A DNA stretch of 63,932 bases, filler included, from Octopus bimaculoides (lineage: Eukaryota), in the NCBI RefSeq assembly GCF_001194135.2. It is 5 parts of 5 records of this genome, joined end to end, with 100 filler letters (N's around TTAATTAATTAA, not from the genome) between each part and the next. Parts side by side here need not be neighbours in the genome. Positions count along the whole stretch, not along the records: positions 1 to 15,649 come from NC_068982.1; positions 15,750 to 29,324 come from NC_068983.1; 3 more parts are not named here. One strand, 5' to 3'. The notes beneath the pieces were generated by a model. The model saw only the letters and a list, made by a program, of their open reading frames with translations. It was not told where the DNA came from and did no database searches. A program made the translations under genes and the position numbers. Shown here one piece after another: positions 11,004 to 24,474 of this stretch. Within the stretch, counting starts at the first letter, position 1, and each line of letters starts with the position of its first letter.

Positions 11004-13586
11004 TACATTTGTGTGGGTGTGTTTATACAGGTCTGTCTTCTGGCCTCTCCTTATGTTGTCACCGTTTGGAAAGCATTGTTCTCTGTTTATGTCCCAAATG
11101 TTTCGTGTCTACGAAAAGTATATGGATTACTATTGTTGACGTAAAGCCCTACCATTTTTCTTTGGAATCTACGCTTCCTTTATTGCATTGGGGAAGATAT
11201 ATTCGAGTTCAAGATACATAAGAAGTGGTTGGATGCAGGCAGCTAGAAAGAAAAAAATGTCTAGTTAAACAGTGTACTACAAAGTAAAGGCTGTACAAAT
11301 GTGTCAAAATTTACTTAATCTCAACAATGACAAACATGAGGCATGGTTTCAAATGTTTCGTTGTTTGTATTCCACTGATAAAGGAGTGTAGATTCCTCGA
11401 ACTAGCGGTACATTAATCTTGCAGAAAGTATCATTCCACAACACTGATTCTTTGGACCAGATGTAGACCAAACTTGAAGAACTATCATTCCATAACACTT
11501 CTTTTCTAATTTTCATGGAATTTAACATGAAATTCACTGCAGAGGAATACAACCTTTTTCATTTTCTTTCACTTGTTTTTGTCTTTAGATGCGGCCTTGC
11601 TGGAGCACCGAATTATTCACATACTTTATTTACGTCACTCCCATCTATAGTCTCTCTAAATCTTTCTTTCTCTCTCTTTTTTCTTTCTTTCTTTCTCTTT
11701 TTTCTTTCTTTCTCTCTCGTTTTCTTCTCTTTCTTTCTTTCTCTCTCTATTTCTTTCACTCTCTTTCTCTCTTTCTCTCTCTTTCTCACTCTCTCTCTCG
11801 ATATGTGTGTGCGTGCATATGGGTGGGTGCACGTGTGTGGGTGTATGTGTGCGTGCGTGTATCGTAACATTTATTTTCTTCTTTCTATCATAGAATGAAA
11901 AACGGATTCCATTCAGGAGAAAGGAATTTAAGCATATCAGTTATCATTTTTTAAACAATGCCACAGCAGTTATTATTTGAATGGCAGATTACCGTTCTTT
12001 TACTTTGAATTACGTCATTCTGTATGTTTCTTAGGGTGTATTTGGTGTGACCACCAACAACAAAATGTAACAGTCATTCAGGGAACTTCTATAGAGTCTC
12101 TCGACATGTGAGCTGCATTACCCACGAATCACAATCATATCATAGAAAAGAACAGCAAGATTTTTTGGATAATGTTGTTTTTGAAATACATATCTGTAAA
12201 GTAACAGGTAGATCATGGTCAAAAGCCCTTAATTCATATAATTTCTTGATCGGGGCTGACCAGGACTAAAAACAAGAAGTGGTAAGAACCAAATATATAT
12301 AAGTAATGTTCGTAGCCGTTTCAACATGGCTGTCCATTAGAACGGGCTTTACTGCGAATTTTTAACCTCAAAAGAACATCTCCTCTTGCTGGTTAACGAT
12401 GCACAGCTACAGGAGATGTCCTCTTGGGTAAAGTCTGTTCAGACTTTACCCATATTGACTTTTATATTCACAAATACTTTGCTCACATGCACACTTACAT
12501 ATGGCAGCTTTGACGATGTGAATGTAGTTAATCGATCAGTTGAACAATGTGTTCATCGAATTAGTGTGTTCAGTAGCTGTATAATCTACTGACACGTGTA
12601 TACACGTGTGTCATTTACATAATCTGTTGATAGTATAAGTAGATAGTTCATCTCGAATAACGAGGGGACCGCGAAAAGAAGTGAACATGAAGGCAGTGTG
12701 AGGTACGAAATGAAGTTGGTAGATTTTGGTCGTTTCACAAGTAATAAGAGGTTGTTGACTGTCCTTTGGTTAAAGCTGTTGTCTCTCATTTTTAACATAA
12801 TCTACTGCTACAATCCTTATTTTTAACATATACTGGTATTATGAAAAAGTCAGAACGAAGTAAGACTGTGACTTCATCGGATGAGAGAATTCACGCTTAA
12901 TCGGAAAAAAACTTTCATTGTAGCGTCATGAACGTGCTGTCAAAGCGTACGGAATGTAAGATGTATGATAACAACGACTCGTGTAATCAGCGTGACAGCG
13001 TTTAACAAAGCTGTACTATTGAGTTGCAGTTACAATGCATTACCACCAGTTTCTTTTTCGCCAATTTAACTGATAAGGGTTTTACCGACTCAAGTCTATG
13101 GTAAATGACTCTAACTGAAGCTGTCTTAGTAAGAGATCGAATCCCAAAACCTAAATATCAAGCGAATTTCTCAATCATTCTGCCATCAACCATTCTGCAA
13201 ATCAAATCAGTTTTATTAAATACCTCCGACTAGAAGTCAAGGGGAGTTACAGCAATGACGTTACCATCAATCTTTATTCCTGGAGCGGGTGAAGCGGGGT
13301 TTATCTTATCAGATACTACTAAAGCAATTCTCAACATTAAAGTCATCATCGGAGAAGATGGTATCGCTTTTTGGAGAACAGCGTTATTAGTCTTCCGCAG
13401 TGGCAAAACATGCTTCACTTTCTAGATACCCACCAGCAGTACTCATTGTTAGGTAGAGAGTGATCAAAAGTAGAAAAAATAAAAGACAACACTGAATCAA
13501 GTAAACCAGCTGCATATTCATGTGTGCACTCGAAGGCCCGTTATCTTTGGCTATGAGACTTATTAAGTTGATGAAACAACTCGTAC

Positions 13587-13762
<176 letters not shown>

Positions 13763-14316
13763 AAAAGAAAGAGAAAGAAAGAGAAAGAGACAGAGCGAAA
13801 GAAAGATTGTGGGAAGGAGAAAGATTCTGTAAGCTTGGAAAACCACGAGATATCACGTTACCAGTCCATATAGTAACATTTATATTTTCACGAGATATCT
13901 TGTTCCCTTAACAAAAAAAAAAAATTAAAAAAAGAATCAAAATTTGAGATATCTCGAGGATAACCCGGGTGGGGTTAATAATCTTTAATACTTCGTTTTA
14001 ACCATGTACTCAGGAGCAGTAATATATCGGGGGTTAAACACTGTTAAAAACTAAATACTGCACTCGACTAAGGTGGGATATGAAGAAGTAGATTTTTAAC
14101 CCACATCTGACATATGTAACTAATTGGATACGCTTAAGTGGAAAAGAAAAGATATGGAAGTTAGCATTTTGTTTTGATGGCGAGTGAATCGTGAAACAGA
14201 ACGATCGTATGAAAGTAGGATATCGTACACAAAAAAACCTTGTACAGACATATAAACGCACATACATACATGCATACAAACATATATGTACATATGTGAG
14301 TTTGTGTGTGTGCGTG

Positions 14317-14353
<37 letters not shown>

Positions 14354-14438
14354 TTGTATATATGCATATATTTTCAATGTATATACATATATATATCTAC
14401 ATATGCATATATATATATATATATACATATATGAAACT

Positions 14439-14494
<56 letters not shown>

Positions 14495-14501
14495 TGAAAC
14501 T

Positions 14502-14560
<59 letters not shown>

Positions 14561-15102
14561 ATTTAAACGCATATATATGCATACATATATATATGTATAT
14601 ATACACACACACATATATATATGTATATATATATGTATATACATACATATATATATATGTATGTATATTTAAACGCATATATATGCATATATATGCATAC
14701 ACATCATTATTTATACATATATCTTATATATAAACACATACATTTAATACACACATATACATAATTATAAGTGTTTTGTATGCGTTTGTGTGTGTTTGAG
14801 TGTATATGTGCATGATGCTAAAATACATAAGATGAAGGATAAAAGGATATATAAAAAAAAAATGTTCCTGAGATAAAACTATTAGATAGCGTTTGTTTAT
14901 TTATGACGAGATGTGTCAGTGGGTTTGATAAGGATAATATTAGGTGTCTTTTAAGCGATAAACCTAATGTTATGAATGTGGAAAACAAATCTTATACGTC
15001 CTCAAAAGCTGTAGAAGAATTGGATTACAGGCATGAAATGATCGATAAGAAGCGTGATGTGACGGCTTATGCGTATACATAGGTTTACTTACACTCAAAA
15101 AT

Positions 15103-15159
<57 letters not shown>

Positions 15160-15608
15160 GGGAAAAGATATGTATGTGTATGTGTATGAAAGAATGAGTG
15201 GGCGAACAACTGGTATCATTTTAGAGTAGGAAATTTATGTATTAAAACATAATTGATGAGTTATTACAATGAGTTGTTGGAATAAAGTGTATCGTAAGAA
15301 ATAAGGGAGTAAGAGGTTATGCAGATGGTCTTTTACTCACTTATTTCTTACGATACACTCTATTCTAACAACTCTATTGTAACAACTTGGCAATTATGTT
15401 GAAATATATAAATTCCATGCCCTATACTGATACGAGTTATTCGTGTGTTCATTCTTTCGTTCTACTGTACATGTACCTGGTCAATGATAAACCACTTCTG
15501 GACATTTATCTCTACTTTGTTACAACACTACATATTGTTTTAGTCGCAGTGCAGGTCGGAGTTTTAGGTGGTCAGTCAATTTATGTCGACCTCTCTCTTC
15601 CTCTCTGT

Positions 15609-15649
<41 letters not shown>

Positions 15650-15693
15650 NNNNNNNNNNNNNNNNNNNNNNNNNNNNNNNNNNNNNNNNNNNN

Positions 15694-15705
15694 TTAATTA
15701 ATTAA
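15694..15705. other. Assembly gap linker TTAATTAATTAA (also 29369-29380, 59078-59089, 62222-62233)
   Basis: Identical 12-mer with stops in all six frames, sitting in N runs (44 N on each side where counted, giving 100 nt). Technical, not biological. Confidence 0.93.
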
Positions 15706-15819
15706 NNNNNNNNNNNNNNNNNNNNNNNNNNNNNNNNNNNNNNNNNNNNTATATATAAATATATATATATATTCATATATATATAAACGGAAAAAGAAAC
15801 TAGAATACCGTTTTGTTTT

Positions 15820-16149
15820 CAATACATATCATATCTATCAATGGCTGCTTTCTAATCCGGGCCGCAGCAACCCAGTCTCCGCGTAACATTTCTCGGTCCA
15901 TCATCACTGCCAGAAGTCCTGGATACGCTCCAGGCCAGTGTTTGCAATCAAGTTCTCGATGTAAGTATGATGAGGTTTTCCTCTTCTTACACCACCATGA
16001 AATGGGTTTCACAAGACTAACTTGGATGATACCTGCTCAGGGTGGCGCACGCAGTGACCAGATAGTCGCAGTCCTCTTTGCCCGATCTTCTCGCTAACGT
16101 TCGGCATTCATTTGTGATATGCTGCTGCCATTTTACCTTTAGGGCTGTT
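15820..16149 (-). mobile_element. RTE-clade LINE 3' end, decayed ORF C-terminus
   Basis: Across frameshifts: ALKVKWQQHITNE..PNVSEKIGQRGLRLSGHCVRHPEQVSSKLVL*NPFHGGVRRGKPHHTYIENL...MDREM. Matches the RTE C-terminal RLR(L/W)xGH...RGRP pattern. Confidence 0.85.
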
Positions 16150-16256
16150 GGTAGCAAAGCCAAAATCAAGCACTTCCTTGCAACTGTCGAATCAGTGGCA
16201 GTGAAACATGGACACTGACAAAGAAATTATCAGACGGCCCAAATGTATGTCATACT
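16150..16256 (+). mobile_element. Inverted 5' segment of the same RTE LINE
   Basis: GSKAKIKHFLATVESV and GSETWTLTKKLSDGPNVCHT match the RTE ...ATVESVLLYGSETWTLTK...GCYTRML region that precedes the minus-strand piece in an intact element. Confidence 0.75.
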
Positions 16257-16469
16257 TATGAAAAATAAACCTTTGGCTATTATTTACTCACAGGTACACA
16301 TACATCCACATCCACATGGTTTTTACGAATACTAATCTAAGTCAGAAAAAGAGAACAAGATCTCAAAGGAGAATTCGGACCTTGTATCTTTCGAATTGCA
16401 GGTAACCAGAATCATTGATATATAGATATAAGGTTACTGCTCATGAATGTTTTACATTTGTTGTTGATT

Positions 16470-16748
16470 GGTCCTTCTCGAGCCATGCCTGGCTCATAAA
16501 GGCCGGTTTCCCGGTTTCATTGGCGTATAGGTACCCCACCTGGATGGGACGCTGGTCCGTCGCAGGTGAGCTGCAAGATGCAAGAGTGAGAGAAGGTTGT
16601 GGCGAAAGAGTCAGCAGAAGTTCGCCATTACCTTCTGCCGGAGCCGCGTAGAACTTAGGTGTTTCGCTCATAAACACACATATCGGCCGGTCTGAGATTC
16701 GAACCCGCGATCCGTCAGCCGCGAGTCCGCTGCTCAAACCACTAGGCC
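16470..16748 (-). mobile_element. tRNA-derived SINE with V-domain-like segment
   Basis: Minus-strand head ggcctagtggtt...gggttcgaatctc (A and B boxes). Block cctggatgggacgctggtccgtcgcagg resembles the V-SINE domain from memory. Confidence 0.6.
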
Positions 16749-17571
16749 TTCACTCTTACATGCCTTACATAATTTATATCTTTACGTATAAAAAAAATAT
16801 CATACACTGTTACATATATACATAATACATACATAGATGCATATACTGTGTAAGTACACACTTAACAGGAAGATGTTAAAACACATTAAAAATAGTATTT
16901 GTTTCTATATTCAAAGAAATAACAAGTGTCATTGAAGTACATAATATTGCTAGAAATATTTTCGAGCCATTTTATAAGAAAGTTATTAACATTTGTTATA
17001 AATACATTTTGAAATCTCAATATATATTTTTAATATATGTCAAAATGAAATGGAATTGCTATATTTATTGGAAGAAATAACGTTCTTTATTTTGTATTTT
17101 GCCCAATAAGCAATGACGACTTTAAAAAAAAATATATATATGTATATGGATATATAATATATTTTAAATTTCAACTGACAGAAAAGAACAATATGATATA
17201 TTACAGTATTTAACGTATTATTTTTGTTTTCGATAGATATTGTTACACTCTTGTTTGAAAGTATAACATTGGTCGATGAAAACAATGGAAATATACATAA
17301 ACTGTTTTGTTGTTGCTGATGTTGTTAACATTGTTATCGTTCTTGTTCTTGTTGTGTGGTCTCAGAGTCATCACTTAACGTACAAACTTACACCACGTAG
17401 ATAGTAATCACAACAACTAGACTTAGTCCTTATATCGCTAGTTCCGGATATGCTATATCTCCGGTTGATTCAGCCTCATTCTGTACATTCTAATATGTTA
17501 TGTTTAATCGTATGCGATGCAGTGTTGCTGCCAGGGCATGTTGTGCGCATTCTTTCTGTACGTTTATAGAT

Positions 17572-17717
17572 CAGGCATAGGCAACTTTTTCTGGGAAGCG
17601 GGCCGCACATGACATGGAACATCATTACGCGGGTCACACTACTAAAAAATTTCAAGGTAATTTTCCGCCAGGCGTGCCATTTAGAAAGTTCCACGGGCCG
17701 CAGTTTGCTCATGATTG
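17572..17717. mobile_element. hAT-Charlie-like MITE
   Basis: Imperfect TIRs CAGGCATAGGCAACT / AGTTTGCTCATGATTG, internal gggccgca motifs, degenerate 8-bp flanks ttatagat/ctccagat. Confidence 0.55.
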
Positions 17718-18359
17718 CTCCAGATTCTGGTGGTAGCAGTCAGAACATATGCAATAAAAACTCAGTGGAGTGAGACATATAATGCCCCTTGCATTTATTA
17801 TTGTTACTGTGTATTCCAACACATATTTTGAGGCATTTAATGTTTTGCTTGAGTTGGAGCTTGCTGCTATAAAATTACTATATTTTTCACCTCTCAAGGT
17901 GGACTTTTATTTTTAATATTTATATTTCGTGGCATAGATGGTCTGCCTGCAGTTTGTGATAATGCAAAGAGCAATGTTTTGCGTTCCTTTCTATTCTTTT
18001 AATCCTCATAAGATAAAAGACACTATCATCTAGATCATTCTTGCCAGTGTCCATCTCTCTCTATGCTATTATACTCGAAGCAGAGATAAACTGAGCACTT
18101 CGAAATAACTAGCAATCATTACCATTTTACAGCGAGGTCGTTGTTTAGCTCTGTTATCTTCAGTCAGTCGTTGTCAACCATTTTTTTGCCTATGGATCCA
18201 ATGGATTCTTATTTTACTCTACTGGGCCCCCATAACCATTTAATATTAAAAAAAAAACTGTTGTACTTTTATAATTAAATATCATTAGGAATTGTATAAA
18301 ATAATTATTAAAACACTTCGTGTATTGTAGAATTATAACTAATTCAATCTTTTATTATT

Positions 18360-19035
18360 TTACTCTTTTATTTGTTTCAGTCATTTGACTGTGGCCATGC
18401 TGGAGCACCGCCTTTTTAGTCGAGCAAATCGACCCCAGGACTTATTATTTGGAAGCATAATACTTATTTTATCGGTCTCTTTTGCCGAACCGCTAAGTTA
18501 CGGGGATGTAAANNNNNNNNNNNNNNNNNNNNNNNNNNNNNNNNNNNNNNNNNNNNNNNNNNNNNNNNNNNNNNNNNNNNNNNNNNNNNNNNNNNNNNNN
18601 NNNNNNNNNNNNNNNNNNNNNNNNNNNNNNNNNNNNNNNNNNNNNNNNNNNNNNNNNNNNNNNNNNNNNNNNNNNNNNNNNNNNNNNNNNNNNNNNNNNN
18701 NNNNNNNNNNNNNNNNNNNNNNNNNNNNNNNNNNNNNNNNNNNNNNNNNNNNNNNNNNNNNNNNNNNNNNNNNNNNNNNNNNNNNNNNNNNNNNNNNNNN
18801 NNNNNNNNNNNNNNNNNNNNNNNNNNNNNNNNNNNNNNNNNNATATATATATATATATACACATATATACGACGGGCTTCTTTCAGTTACCGTCTACCAA
18901 ATCTACTCACAAGGCTTTGGTCGGCCCGAGGCTATAGTAGAAGACACTTGCCCAAAGTGCCACGCAGTGGGAATGAACCCAGAACCATGTGGTTGGTAAG
19001 CAAGCTACTTACCACACAGCCACTCATGCGCCTAT
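18360..19035 (-). mobile_element. tRNA-derived SINE family A spanning an N gap
   Basis: Minus-strand head aggcgcatgagtggctgtgtggtaagtagcttgcttaccaaccacatggttctgggttcattccc, CORE-like cactttgggcaagtgtcttct, 3' aaaagagta repeats. Confidence 0.9.
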
Positions 19036-19561
19036 TGCAGACATATTTTAACAACAAATTCTTACATGGACCCCAAAGACGTTCCTGCCAGGACTATTGC
19101 ATGGCAATAAAGTCTATTTCCTAGTAAGACTACGTTATCCAATCTGTTCTTCCTCTTCTAAATGTAATTTCATAGCTATTTCTAGTAATTTCATGGTAAT
19201 TTCATGGCTATTTTTAGGAACTTCTAGGTTCACTTGTGGGTTAGTGTTTAAATGAATGGAAACATTCCGACCCTCCCTTTCTTTACGCGATTGTTTCATA
19301 TATGTATATGAACAGAACGTATGAAAAACCTGTTTTCTCTAGTTTGGGCAGAGCCTTTAATATATCTTATGTTTGTATCTAATATGACATGCAACTTGAG
19401 TGGTTTTTAAAAGAACTATTAACATTTTTGTGACATTTTTATTATGTGTTTTTCAGATTTCAGTACTAGTTTTTAAATACGTGCGTGTCACATACTTTCT
19501 GCCATAAACATAATATGATTTATAGCATAACAAAATGTATAATTTTAGTGAAATCAGAGAG

Positions 19562-19610
<49 letters not shown>

Positions 19611-20399
19611 NNNNNNNNNNATAGAGAGAGAGAGAGAGAGATAGAGAGATAGAGAGAGAGAGAGGTAATATGACAATGCAGGAGTAATATGAAAACAGAT
19701 TAAGCAACACCTAGAAATATGAAATCAATTTGAGACTAGCGGGAGGTAACTTAAGATAGGCGTAGCTTGAAATCATTGTACTGGAACAACAAAAGGTGAA
19801 TTCACCCTCGGTGAGGTTTGGACTTAAAAGCCGAGTGTTGTGAGAAAATGCATCCTGACATTTTGTCAGCTACTGTAACAATTTCGTTCCCCAACCACCC
19901 TTCTTGATGTGAATGCTTGATGTTTAGCAGAAGCACAAGGCCTTAAGTTTTGGGGGAAGGGTATAATCAAATAATATTGGTTTCAAATTTTGTCACAAGG
20001 CCATCGATTTCGGGAGAGAGGGTAAAGTCGATTACATCGAACCCTATGCTCAAATGGTATTTGTTTTTTTCGACCCCCAAAAGGATGAAAGCCAAGCCGA
20101 TCTCGCCAGAATTTGAACTCAGAACATAAAGACCGACGAAATGCCACTAAGAATTTTGCCCAGCGTGATAACGATTCTGTCAGATCGCCACCTTAATAAT
20201 CAATTAATATTGATCACTGTTCCCGACTGGTATTTACTTTTATCAGTTCCGAAAAAGATGAAATGCAAAGTTGACCTTGCCGGGATTCGAACGCAGAACG
20301 TAAAGGAATGTAACTAAATACTTCAAAACAATTTATTCGTGTCTCCAACAATCCTACTGAACCTACATCCATTATAGATGAGAATGCTGATTTTTATCT

Positions 20400-20650
20400 T
20401 CTATCTTTTACTTCTTTTAGTCATTAGACGGCGGTCATGCTGGGGCACCGATTTCAAGAATTTTAGTCGAACGGTTCTACCCCACTGCTTATTTTGTTTT
20501 TGTAAGCCTGGTACTTATTCTATCTATGTCTTTTGCCGAACCGCAAAGTTATGGTGACATAAACGCACCAACACCGGTTGGCAAGCAGTGATAGGGGCCA
20601 AACACTGACACAAAGACACACACACACGCACGTACGACGGGCTTCTTTCA
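20400..20650 (-). mobile_element. SINE family A lacking its head (abuts an RTE fragment)
   Basis: Family A body and 3' end. Confidence 0.8.
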
Positions 20651-20880
20651 CTTTCTTACGGTATATCCCAGCCAACTCAGTCGGCGTTTGTATACAGTGA
20701 CGAACAATGGTCTACTCCTCTTCTGACCTCCTTCGATATTTAAACGAGAGACTGGGTAGAATTGCTCTGCCCATATTCGGGTCACCAACCATGTTATGAT
20801 GTGGAGTCCGCGAATCTGAGTTTGAGAACATACTGGTCTGGTGAGCCTACTCTGCCACACTGGCTCGATATAGCTTGGCA
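20651..20880 (-). mobile_element. RTE-clade LINE fragment
   Basis: RPLFVTVYKRRLSWLGYTVRK resembles RTE PLLxTVKRRKLSWFGHVxR. Confidence 0.55.
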
Positions 20881-21362
20881 GAGGGTTTCAAGTTTTTATA
20901 CTCATATCCAGGAGTAGTCGAGTTGATTACATTGACCACAGTGCTCAACTGGTACTTATTTTACTGAGCCCGAAAGACGAAAGGCAAAGCCGGCCTCAGC
21001 GATATAGCCAATTACATTGATCCAAGTACGAGGTAATTACTTTATTTTATCATCTCCAGGCAAAGAAAATGCAAAGGTAATCTTAGCTAAATTTGAACAT
21101 AGATATAAGGGGATATAATTACTTCAATGCTTGCGTTCGCCGTTCTAACAATTCAAAGATTCCACTGGCTTTGTTGACTCAAATAGTAAAAACAGATTCA
21201 TCACTAAAGATGTGTTTAGTTCAATTCTAAGTTAGAAACTTTGTAAATCTTTAATTCTAATGAGACCAGTGTACTGAAAAGTGGCATAATAAAAATAAAA
21301 GAAAGAAACCCGAGTTTAGTAGCGCTTTTGAAATTTCGGTACGTATAAATAACGTTCTATAC

Positions 21363-21412
<50 letters not shown>

Positions 21413-22320
21413 AAACCTTACTTGGAGAAGGATGCGTGGCGTCCAATCATATAATAATAAAAATAATATATAAATATATGCATATATCTATACATATATG
21501 TACATACCTACATCTATATGTATATATGTATACATACATGCATATATGGGTACAGGACATCACACACACAAAAAAAAAACGTTAAATACAATGAGAAACG
21601 AAGACAGAAAACGAACTTATATATATATATAATATATGTATGTATGTATATATATATAATAATAATACAAATATATATATATATATATATACATATAAGT
21701 TAAAGGTGAAAAGTACTCTAGAGTTCTTATACATAAAAAAAAATTCAATATAAATGCCACTGCACTTCATACCTTTTGGAATTACTGTTTTATTTGTTTA
21801 GATTAAACTGGGTGGTATCAAGTAAACCAGATTCTTTTTCTTTTCGAGAATTGTCTGCTGCTGGCTGAAAAACGTACATTCACTCCACCATTCAGTTCTT
21901 CGTTAAACAGTGAAGTGATTTTATTAAGAGTTGCACTGAAAGCTCGCATACTATAGCCAAGGTTATAATTTTATTTGATGTTGTTTATTAGCAGAAGGAA
22001 TGACGGAGAATTAGAATGGATAAAGCGTATGAACTAAGTATCTTAGAATCTATATATTTAGAGAGAATCATCTACCTAAGTCTGAAATTGCGTACACATA
22101 CACACACACAGACAGACAGACAGAGAGACAGACAGACACACACACACACACACACACACATACACCCACACAGACACACGCACCCACACACACAAACACA
22201 CTCACACAAATACATACATACATGCATGGATTTATACATATACACATACATAACTATATATAAATACATTGTATATTTATACACACACACTCATATATAT
22301 ATATATATGCATACATATGC

Positions 22321-22358
<38 letters not shown>

Positions 22359-22627
22359 NNNNNNNNNNNNNNNNNNNNNNNNNNNNNNNNNNNNNNNNNN
22401 NNNNNNNNNNNNNNNNNNNNNNNNNNNNNNNNNNNNNNNNNNNNNNNNNNNNNNNNNNNNNNNNNNNNNNNNNNNNNNNNNNNNNNNNNNNNNNNNNNNN
22501 NNNNNNNNNNNNNNNNNNNNNNNNNNNNNNNNNNNNNNNNNNNNNNNNNNNNNNNNNNNNNNNNNNNNNNNNNNNNNNNNNNNNNNNNNNNNNNNNNNNN
22601 NNNNNNNNNATATATATATATATATAT

Positions 22628-22880
22628 AAATACAAAATGGAACAAGAACACAAAACATCCAGACAGGTGATACAAAAAAGGGGACAATAAAATATCCAGA
22701 CAGATGATACAGACGGGTCATTCGGAGTTTTCTTTCCTCAGTCGAGTTCCAGATTATCTTTGCAATTTCGGCTGGTTATACTGGAGATTGCTCCAATCTG
22801 GCCAGCCCCAAGGAAAAACTAAGCTAAGAGCATTAGATTCATTGGAAGAAAGCAGCGAATGTATACGAAAACAAAGATAA
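22628..22880. repeat. Dispersed repeat family, long copy (inverted copy at 41945-42200)
   Basis: High identity by eye to the reverse complement of 41990-42190. Confidence 0.85.
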
Positions 22881-23249
22881 TGTTAACAGAAACTGGAGAA
22901 GTTCTGATAAAGAACAATTGACTTACATCAATTATTATTTATCAATTCAATGCAAATAGACTGCATCCAATCTAACAGCTGTTTCTACTTCCAATGGTAT
23001 ATGGTATTGCCATTGATATTCAAAATGTGTAAAAATATGTAAAAATATTAACCATATGTGGTAATAAAACCGATCTGAAACAAGGAGCTTCATCAGAGTG
23101 AAGAATGAAGAGAAGAAAAGCATATGCTTTTCTGTTTTCTTTAAATTTTGTCTTTACCTATAACTTATGAACATAATATGTTTCCATATGTATGTCCATG
23201 GTTAAACATAGGTAATGGATACTTCTATCCCTAAGACAGTTATTTTAAC

Positions 23250-23700
23250 CTCTAACTCGTCATCAGTCTGGAGTAGCATGACCTGCTAGTCGCAGATGCC
23301 TGTCCCTTCAGGGGACTGTCACATTAAGTTGACAGCATACAACTACTTCATCGTATCACTACTGCATAAATCTCTCTGAGAGATTTAGAAATGTATTATT
23401 TCTAAATTTGAAATCAGTGACTGTATTTCACTAGAATTGTTATGTTTACAAGAGCTTGACAGGCATCTTCGACTGGTCATGCTACTCCAGACTGATGACG
23501 AGCAAAGACTCAGAAACATGTCTCTGGATGCACGCTTAGCTGGGTGGAGGTGCTTGTCTCCACCTTGTAAACATAAGGACACAGGAAATGTGTCAAGGCC
23601 GACAGGAAGCGGTGCAGCTTTCTAGGTTTAACCAACAGTAGTATTATTCCCTTCAAGGGACTGTCACATTAAGTTGACAGCATACAACTACTTCAACAAA
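23250..23700. mobile_element. Penelope-like terminal-repeat-type element with rearranged/inverted partial copy
   Basis: About 23257-23303 is the reverse complement of about 23456-23502. The tail cccttca.gggactgtcacattaagttgacagcatacaactacttc occurs twice. Contains a hammerhead motif and shares its 3' part with the 43631-43892 palindrome. Confidence 0.6.
23486..23528 (+). ncRNA. Minimal type I hammerhead ribozyme motif
   Basis: TCCAGA-CTGATGA-C-GAG(CAAAGA)CTC-A-GAAA-CATG-TC^TCTGGA: 6-bp helix I, intact core boxes, palindromic helix III ACATGT, GUC site, C.A mismatch at the base of helix II. Confidence 0.72.
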
Positions 23701-24474
23701 TCTTTTGTTCTACAGTTCAAAGCCTATGTCCACTCAAAGAAGGCTGACCTGGGGTTATACAACAACTAGTCTTTCTATTCTGCTTTTCAAGTCTTCAATC
23801 AAATTTGACCTGAAGTTTAGCAAAAATTCTGTCGAAAGAAATTTGCTTCTGTTGTAATTGTTGTTGCTATTTTGTCTCCTATGATAAAAAAAAAACTATG
23901 ATGACCAGCGTTGGAGCCATGATAATGCCAGCTATTTTCCGGACTGCTTACTATTGCAAATAGCTGAACGAATAAGTGGTGTCCAACTTCGCTTGTTGAG
24001 AGAATCCTTCAGAGAGTTACTACATGAGAGTTCCATCCCAACTTGATCTCATTTCATATTGCTTGAATTTAGCACACAAAAATAAACTGTTAATTGTGGA
24101 TGCAATGCCAGGCGAATTGCTTAGTAGTATTTCGTCTGCCGTTACGTTGAGTTCAAATTTCGCCGAGGTTAATTTTGCCTTTCATCCTTTCGGGGGTCGA
24201 CTAAATAAGTACCAGTTATGCATTGGGGTCGATGTAATCGATTTAATCTCTTTGTCTGTCCTTGTTTGTCCCCTCTTTGTTTAGCCACCTGTGGGCAATA
24301 AAGAAATAAATACTGGATCGCAAAACAAAACGAAATTAAACATACGTTTATTTACGCAAACAGGATTAAAAATATCACTTATGGAACTAAGAACGTTGAA
24401 ACTCTGGCGATAAAGTTTACATGACTAACAGTCTCCAACTGTGAAAGAGACAGCACAGACGTCAACACTAGTCC

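Noticed and set aside
11349-11552. Duplicated SFHNT/VLWND motif resembling leucine-rich repeats
   Set aside because: Only two 54-nt-spaced copies, an internal stop on the + strand, and a period too short for a typical LRR.
13230-13425. Frames open on both strands with protein-like composition
   Set aside because: No recognisable family and no consistent splice sites; likely old transposon sequence. A BLASTX hit could overturn this.
15694-15705. Recurrent TTAATTAATTAA islands as a biological motif
   Set aside because: Centred in fixed-length N spacers; a scaffolding linker.
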